Virus record (IMG/VR): IMGVR_UViG_3300005826_000294
Location: 124,001-188,000 of that record
Strand: one strand, 5' to 3'
DNA: 64,000 bases
Positions 59,140 to 64,000 of this stretch are shown piece after piece (position 1 is the first letter of the stretch; each line of letters opens with the position of its first letter). A program made the position numbers and the translations under genes. Under the pieces are notes generated by a model. The model worked only from the letters and a program-made list of their open reading frames with translations, ran no database searches and was not told where the DNA came from.

Positions 59140-59900
59140 TTTACCTTCCCTGAATATTCTATATGATTATTTAACCCTGGAAATTTTTCTTTATATCTCA
59201 ACAAACTCTTATTTGATGAAAATCCAAGCATTACATATTCTATATTAAGATTATTTGCCTTTTCATATAAAGAAAAATCTATTAATTCCGATAGAATTGG
59301 GTTTTTCTTATATAAAGCTTTTCCAACAATATATGAACTATATCTTCCTCTATTAGATAATGTTCCAAGAGCTACTAACTCATTACCATTATAACAAAAA
59401 GAATTAATACATTCATTATGAAAATTATTCATATAAAAATATAGATTTTTTCCACTATTATCTCTAAAATATTTATCAGAATAATTCTCTCTCCATTGTT
59501 CTATAAATATCTTTACATCATTAATATCTCTATAATAATCTAACACTTCTATATCTAATTTGTCAATTCTATTTAATCTATTTCTTAAACCACGATATTT
59601 TTTACCAGAAGGATATAATGTTTTCGATAAATCCAAAAATCCTGAATCTCCTTTTGACTTTAAAACCTTAAAAGCATTTTTTAAAACTACAACATCATCA
59701 AAAGAGAAATAATGAAAATTAAATGGAACATACTCTTTTAACCATATAATATCACTATTCTTTAATTCATCAAAAATTACAATATTTCTTCTTTTACCTA
59801 CCATCCAAGTAGCATATCGGTCATATTCGCAAATATCTCTTGCCATCTTTCCTAATAAGCATTTCCAAGAATACTTATCAATATAACTAATCTTCATCAT
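59136..59900 (-). CDS. Stand-alone DUF2156 / LPG_synthase_C-like GNAT (aminoacyl-tRNA-dependent transferase fold)
   Basis: 'GKKYRGLRNRLNR', 'NG.LVA', 'GKA', 'YVMLG...SLLRYKEKF' match my recollection of the family pattern; no membrane domain. Confidence 0.65.
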   Translation of the reverse strand: MMKISYIDKYSWKCLLGKMARDICEYDRYATWMVGKRRNIVIFDELKNSDIIWLKEYVPFNFHYFSFDDVVVLKNAFKVLKSKGDSGFLDLSKTLYPSGKKYRGLRNRLNRIDKLDIEVLDYYRDINDVKIFIEQWRENYSDKYFRDNSGKNLYFYMNNFHNECINSFCYNGNELVALGTLSNRGRYSSYIVGKALYKKNPILSELIDFSLYEKANNLNIEYVMLGFSSNKSLLRYKEKFPGLNNHIEYSGKVK

Positions 59901-61195
59901 ATTCCTCTATCATTTGTTTTATAAAATTTTCTACATTATCTTTATATGAAATAATTTTATAGTTAATATTATTCTTTTTATAATACTCTATTTTTTCATT
60001 TTCTCCACTATCATATGGATGTTTTCTATTATTCTTCATTCCATCAATTTCTAACCATATTTCCTTTCCATTCTTTAATTCAATAAAAAAATCGCAGGTC
60101 CATTGCCTGCTCTCACAAACCAAACTCTCATATTTATATCTTTTTATATGTTTTGATTTAAATAAAATATCTCCAGCGGTTTTTTCAATTGAAGATAAAT
60201 AAATATTACCATCATCTCCTTTAAAATATCCCCTTCCATGAAATTGATTAATTGTATTATATTTTGGGTCAATTTTTTTCATTATATCTTCCCACGCAAT
60301 ATAATTAAATTTTTTCTTTATTATATAACAACTATATGGAAACTTATCTTTTGAAGCATTTCTTATGCTCCAATATTCTAAACATTTAATATCATTATTA
60401 TTTTCTTTATACCATTTAATAAGAGAATTTATTATATTTTGTCGAGATATGTTTGAAATAATTCCAGCTTCTAATAGTGCCTTGGACCAAGAACCAAAAA
60501 TCTTTTTAAATGTAGGACTACAATACCTTATATTTGATAATTCATAATATTCTTTTTGAGTAGGGATTCTACCAAGTTTTTTATAAACTTGTTTTAAATC
60601 ATCAATAATTTCTTTTTTTGTTTTATTTCTCACTTGATTTGGTTTAAACCCAGCAACTAAAAGAGATTTTGATAAAGAACCAAATGCTCTCTTATAAGCA
60701 TTAATACTATATTTACTACCATTCTTTAAACTTAAATCTTCTTTCTTTGGAGTTCTACCTAATTTCTCGTACATTTCTTTAAGATTTTTTATTAATTTAT
60801 TATTAGATATTTTATAACAAGCATTCCCTACATTTTCTTTAAAAACCTCTTTCATCCATTTATTCCAACTTTGTATTCTTATATAAGAAGAAGTTGAATA
60901 ATTTCCATATTTATTATATTCTTTTTTACTGGGAGGTTTGTTAATAATACTATAAACTCTTTTTAAATCATCAATTAAACTTTCCTTTGATATTTTTAAA
61001 GAATTTGTTCTTTTTATAAAATCCTACTTTATTACACCATTCCGACCATAACATTCTATCTGTATAAGGATCAGAAGAATATTTACCATATCTAATATAT
61101 TCTTCTTTTGTGGGAATTTTTCCGAGTTTATTTACAACATATCTTAAATTTTCCAATAATTCTTCATAACTTAACTTTTTCATTTCTTTCCCCAA
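59887..61195 (-). pseudogene. Homing-endonuclease-associated-repeat protein with PD-(D/E)XK-like nuclease, split by a +1 frameshift at 61018-61021
   Basis: ORFs 60971..61195 and 59887..60855 join into one repeat series if one T of GGA TTT T is skipped. Confidence 0.65.
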
Positions 61196-61923
61196 CGATG
61201 TTCATATCCAATAACAGGACAATCTCCAATCCAATCCAAAAAATCTAAATTATCAAATACCAAGATATAATAATCTCCACTCCTTTTCTTTACATTTACC
61301 TTAAAACCTAAATTTTTAAGCATAATACATAATTTATTATTATCTTCAAAAGAAAACCCACAAGTCGAAATCTTAACTTTATTCTCAAAATATCCGTCCC
61401 CCAAATACCAATGTAAAGCCGTTTCTTTTGTTAAATTAAACTCTGGAACTATTTTGGTTCCATTAATATACCATTTATTATATATTTCGGTCCAAGATAT
61501 ATTTGATGTTGTTCTCGTCCTAAATTGCTTTTTTCCTCCATTTCTCTCTTTTAGGATAAAACATTTAACAGGAATATCTAATTTATTATATAAATATCTT
61601 CCATAATGAAAATTTGCCGTGGAATGAGAAAAACAAGCATTACTTTTATATTGTCCAGATAAATATAAACAACCATCTCCTAATAATTCTCCATTTATAA
61701 TCTCAATACATCTTTTAGAAATTATAATAGGTTTATCCTGAGGACGACCAGATATTTTTCCTACATCTATTCCAGCACAATTAATAGCATTTCTCCAACT
61801 ACCAAAATGTCTTTTATATGTTGATGAAGAGGGTCCATTCAATTTATCAATATAACTTTGAGATATATTATCTAACGAAAAAGATCTTAAATAATTAATC
61901 AATTCTTCTTTTGTATATTTCAT
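61180..61923 (-). CDS. HE-associated repeat plus LAGLIDADG_2-type endonuclease
   Basis: 'GELLGDGCL' and 'HWYLGDGYF' motifs. Confidence 0.8.
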   Translation of the reverse strand: MKYTKEELINYLRSFSLDNISQSYIDKLNGPSSSTYKRHFGSWRNAINCAGIDVGKISGRPQDKPIIISKRCIEIINGELLGDGCLYLSGQYKSNACFSHSTANFHYGRYLYNKLDIPVKCFILKERNGGKKQFRTRTTSNISWTEIYNKWYINGTKIVPEFNLTKETALHWYLGDGYFENKVKISTCGFSFEDNNKLCIMLKNLGFKVNVKKRSGDYYILVFDNLDFLDWIGDCPVIGYEHRWGKK

Positions 61924-62590
61924 TTAAATACTCTAAAAATTTCCTTTTATTATATGTAGCGTTTTTCTTAAAATTATCTTCTTTTTTTAACCATTGATGG
62001 TTTTTTGGATTAAAAGCCGCTTTAATATGATATACATTATTAAAATCAAAAGCGGATAAAGGAAAAATATGATCTATATTATAATTCTCAATATCCTTAG
62101 GAAAAGGTTTTAAATATTCAATAATAGCATAATAATCTATTCCATACTCATCCGATTTTGTTTTTCCATTAGAATATGTTTTAAAAGCATAATATAACCT
62201 TTGTCTTAGTTTTAATATAATAGAAAATATAGGATCATCTTTCCTTTTTTTCTTATTATAACAATTCCTACACATCTTTTTAGAACATATATTTCTATAT
62301 TTGCCACAAATATAACAATATCCTTTATTATTATAACAATTTTTACATATCTGGGTTTTTCTTATATGTATCTCTTTTTCATTACCACAAATAGAACATA
62401 TCTTTTTCTTATATGTATATGTTCTTTTATAACAAACATCACATAATTTACTTGTATGAAGTTCCTTTATTTTTCCACATTCTATACATTCTTTTTTTTT
62501 TCTCTTATATTGTTTATTATAACATTTTTTACATAACATAGGGGATTTTTTTACAATCTTTTGGCCCCCGCAAACGGAACATTTTTTCAT
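61895..62590 (-). CDS. CxxC-repeat protein with C-terminal HNH endonuclease
   Basis: 'YNIDHIFPLSAFDF...PKNHQWLKKEDNFKK'. Confidence 0.75.
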   Translation of the reverse strand: MKKCSVCGGQKIVKKSPMLCKKCYNKQYKRKKKECIECGKIKELHTSKLCDVCYKRTYTYKKKICSICGNEKEIHIRKTQICKNCYNNKGYCYICGKYRNICSKKMCRNCYNKKKRKDDPIFSIILKLRQRLYYAFKTYSNGKTKSDEYGIDYYAIIEYLKPFPKDIENYNIDHIFPLSAFDFNNVYHIKAAFNPKNHQWLKKEDNFKKNATYNKRKFLEYLNEIYKRRID

Positions 62591-62612
62591 GAAAGCACCT
62601 TTCAGGTTAGAG

Positions 62613-62637
62613 TCGTCGCGACGAAAATTGTCGACAA
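62613..62637. promoter_or_regulatory. Two adjacent perfect palindromes TCGTCGCGACGA and TTGTCGACAA
   Basis: Read directly; CpG-rich island in an AT-rich intergenic gap. Function unknown. Confidence 0.4.
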
Positions 62638-62658
62638 AAAAATGAATAAAAATTCTAA

Positions 62659-63591
62659 CTATTCAAAATTATTCAAATTTTTTATTATTGTGTCTCTAAT
62701 GTTCGTATCTCTATAAGATATTATAATATAATTGAACTTATTATCATTATAATACTTTATTTTTTCATTATTATCATATGGGTATTTTCTGCTATTTTTC
62801 ATTCCATCTACTTCAATCCAAATCCCATCTGTATAAAAATCACAAGTCCAAGACCTATTATTACAAACTCGCTTTTCATATTCGTAATTTTTTATTAATC
62901 CTTTATTCTTTAAATCAAATAAAATATCTCCCGTTTTCTTTTCTATGGAAGATAAATATTTATTGCCATCATTACCCTTATGAATATGTCTTCCATAGAA
63001 AATATCTTTGGTTTTATAATTTTTATCAATTTTCTTCATAATATCTTCCCATAAAATATTATCAAATTTCTTTTTTATAGTATTACAACTATAAGGAAAC
63101 TTACCATTTTCTTTTGCCTTCCTTATACTCCAATACTCTAAACATCTAATATTATTATTTTCTCTATACCATTTTTTTAGAGCATTTATAATATCCTGTT
63201 TATCTATATTTTTGGCATTTATGACAGGAATTTCAGCCTCTAACAGTAGTTTAGTCCAAGACCCAAATATTTTTTTAATTGTTAAAGAAGTATATCTAAT
63301 ATTAGAATATGTAAAATATTCTTCCTGAGATGGAGTTTTACCTATTTTATTATATACATTTATTAAATCATCAATAATATTTTTTTTAGATTTATTTCTC
63401 ACCTGATTTGGCTTCATACCAGATGATAAAAGAGCAATCTCTAATGATCCAAATGCTCTTTTATAAGCATTAATACTATACTTACTACCATTCTTTAAAC
63501 TTAAATCTTCTTTCTTTGGTGTCCTTCCTAAACTATATTTTAAACTAATTAAATTATTAATTAAATCATCATCACTTATTTTATTAGACAC
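62659..63591 (-). CDS. HE-associated-repeat protein with PD-(D/E)XK-like nuclease
   Basis: Paralog of 59887..60855 ('WTCDF...IW.E.DGMKN'). Confidence 0.75.
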   Translation of the reverse strand: MSNKISDDDLINNLISLKYSLGRTPKKEDLSLKNGSKYSINAYKRAFGSLEIALLSSGMKPNQVRNKSKKNIIDDLINVYNKIGKTPSQEEYFTYSNIRYTSLTIKKIFGSWTKLLLEAEIPVINAKNIDKQDIINALKKWYRENNNIRCLEYWSIRKAKENGKFPYSCNTIKKKFDNILWEDIMKKIDKNYKTKDIFYGRHIHKGNDGNKYLSSIEKKTGDILFDLKNKGLIKNYEYEKRVCNNRSWTCDFYTDGIWIEVDGMKNSRKYPYDNNEKIKYYNDNKFNYIIISYRDTNIRDTIIKNLNNFE

Positions 63592-63605
63592 TTTTTCTCC
63601 AAATA

Positions 63606-63633
63606 AAAAAGACCCGATTTCTCGGGTCTTTTT
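63606..63633 (-). terminator. Rho-independent (bidirectional-type) terminator after the capsid gene
   Basis: AAAAAGACCCGA-tttc-TCGGGTCTTTTT perfect inverted repeat. Confidence 0.85.
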
Positions 63634-63655
63634 AAATATTACTTATTTGGTTTTA

Positions 63656-64000
63656 TTAGCCTACGGCTACAGACTTACGACCAACAGCAACACCTCTTGG
63701 GTTAACAACACCAATTCCTATGATTTCCGATACAACCCATCCAAGCTTTAACTGTTTAGGTTCATCGGCTGGTAGTACCTCGATGTCCTGACGGACAGGC
63801 ATTACACCTACGAACTCTGGATCGGCAGCACCAAAAATAGTTCCAGGTGGAACAATCTTGGAAACGATGATATCCGCACCCCAGATATGAGCATATAGCC
63901 CGGTCTGAAGAACTTCTCTCATTGTTACTGGATCTACCTCACCACCAGTAGCGCCCTGACCACCACCAGTAGCCCAATTTAGAATATCATTAAACTCAAT
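63656..64000 (-). CDS. Major capsid protein, C-terminal part (HK97-type), truncated by the window edge
   Basis: Frame open from the edge (IEFNDILNWATGGGQGATGGEVDPVTMREVLQTG...HIWGADIIVSKIVPPG...GWVVSEIIGIGVVNPRGV); followed by a strong terminator. Confidence 0.75.
   Translation of the reverse strand: MEFNDILNWATGGGQGATGGEVDPVTMREVLQTGLYAHIWGADIIVSKIVPPGTIFGAADPEFVGVMPVRQDIEVLPADEPKQLKLGWVVSEIIGIGVVNPRGVAVGRKSVAVG

Noticed and set aside
1035-63041. Short plus-strand and nested ORFs in the track (e.g. 1035..1265, 8249..8614, 9542..9739, 23234..23725, 38021..38404, 48063..48368)
   Set aside because: Shadow frames overlapping well-supported minus-strand genes, with no SD or recognisable motifs.
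10228-63591. Group I introns or inteins hosting the endonucleases
   Set aside because: Flanking genes appear complete with their own starts and stops; no split gene or intein termini (C/S...HN) were seen.
1-64000. Stop-codon reassignment (alternative genetic code)
   Set aside because: Standard-code ORFs tile the window densely, and TAA, TAG and TGA all act as stops at sensible gene ends.
1-64000. CRISPR arrays, tRNA or rRNA genes
   Set aside because: Intergenic gaps are too short and none shows repeat-spacer or cloverleaf structure; all repeats found are in-frame coding repeats.

Overview
An AT-rich 64 kb segment of a large contractile-tailed (myovirus-like) bacteriophage genome, almost all on the minus strand. 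Reading from the right end leftwards: major capsid protein 3' end, a block of endonuclease genes, a DUF2156-like GNAT gene coupled to an amino-DNA methyltransferase, a thermonuclease, fibre/appendage genes, a three-enzyme block (permuted papain-like, metallophosphoesterase, ARC/Mpa-like AAA ATPase), whisker/decoration, neck, beta-helix fibres, tail terminator, sheath, two tube paralogs, tail chaperones with a -1 frameshift, tape measure, and baseplate. About 17 free-standing homing-endonuclease-like genes of five families take up roughly a quarter of the window. The most unusual signal is the tripeptide Asp-Gly-Tyr (DGY). By hand count it occurs 40 times in 14 predicted virion or virion-cluster proteins, sometimes in tandem (DGYDGYDGY), with about 19 further DAY variants. 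It uses varied synonymous codons and is absent from the tube, tape-measure and hub proteins. This suggests an undescribed virion-wide protein modification or docking tag. All functional calls come from motif recognition and synteny by eye; no database searches were run.
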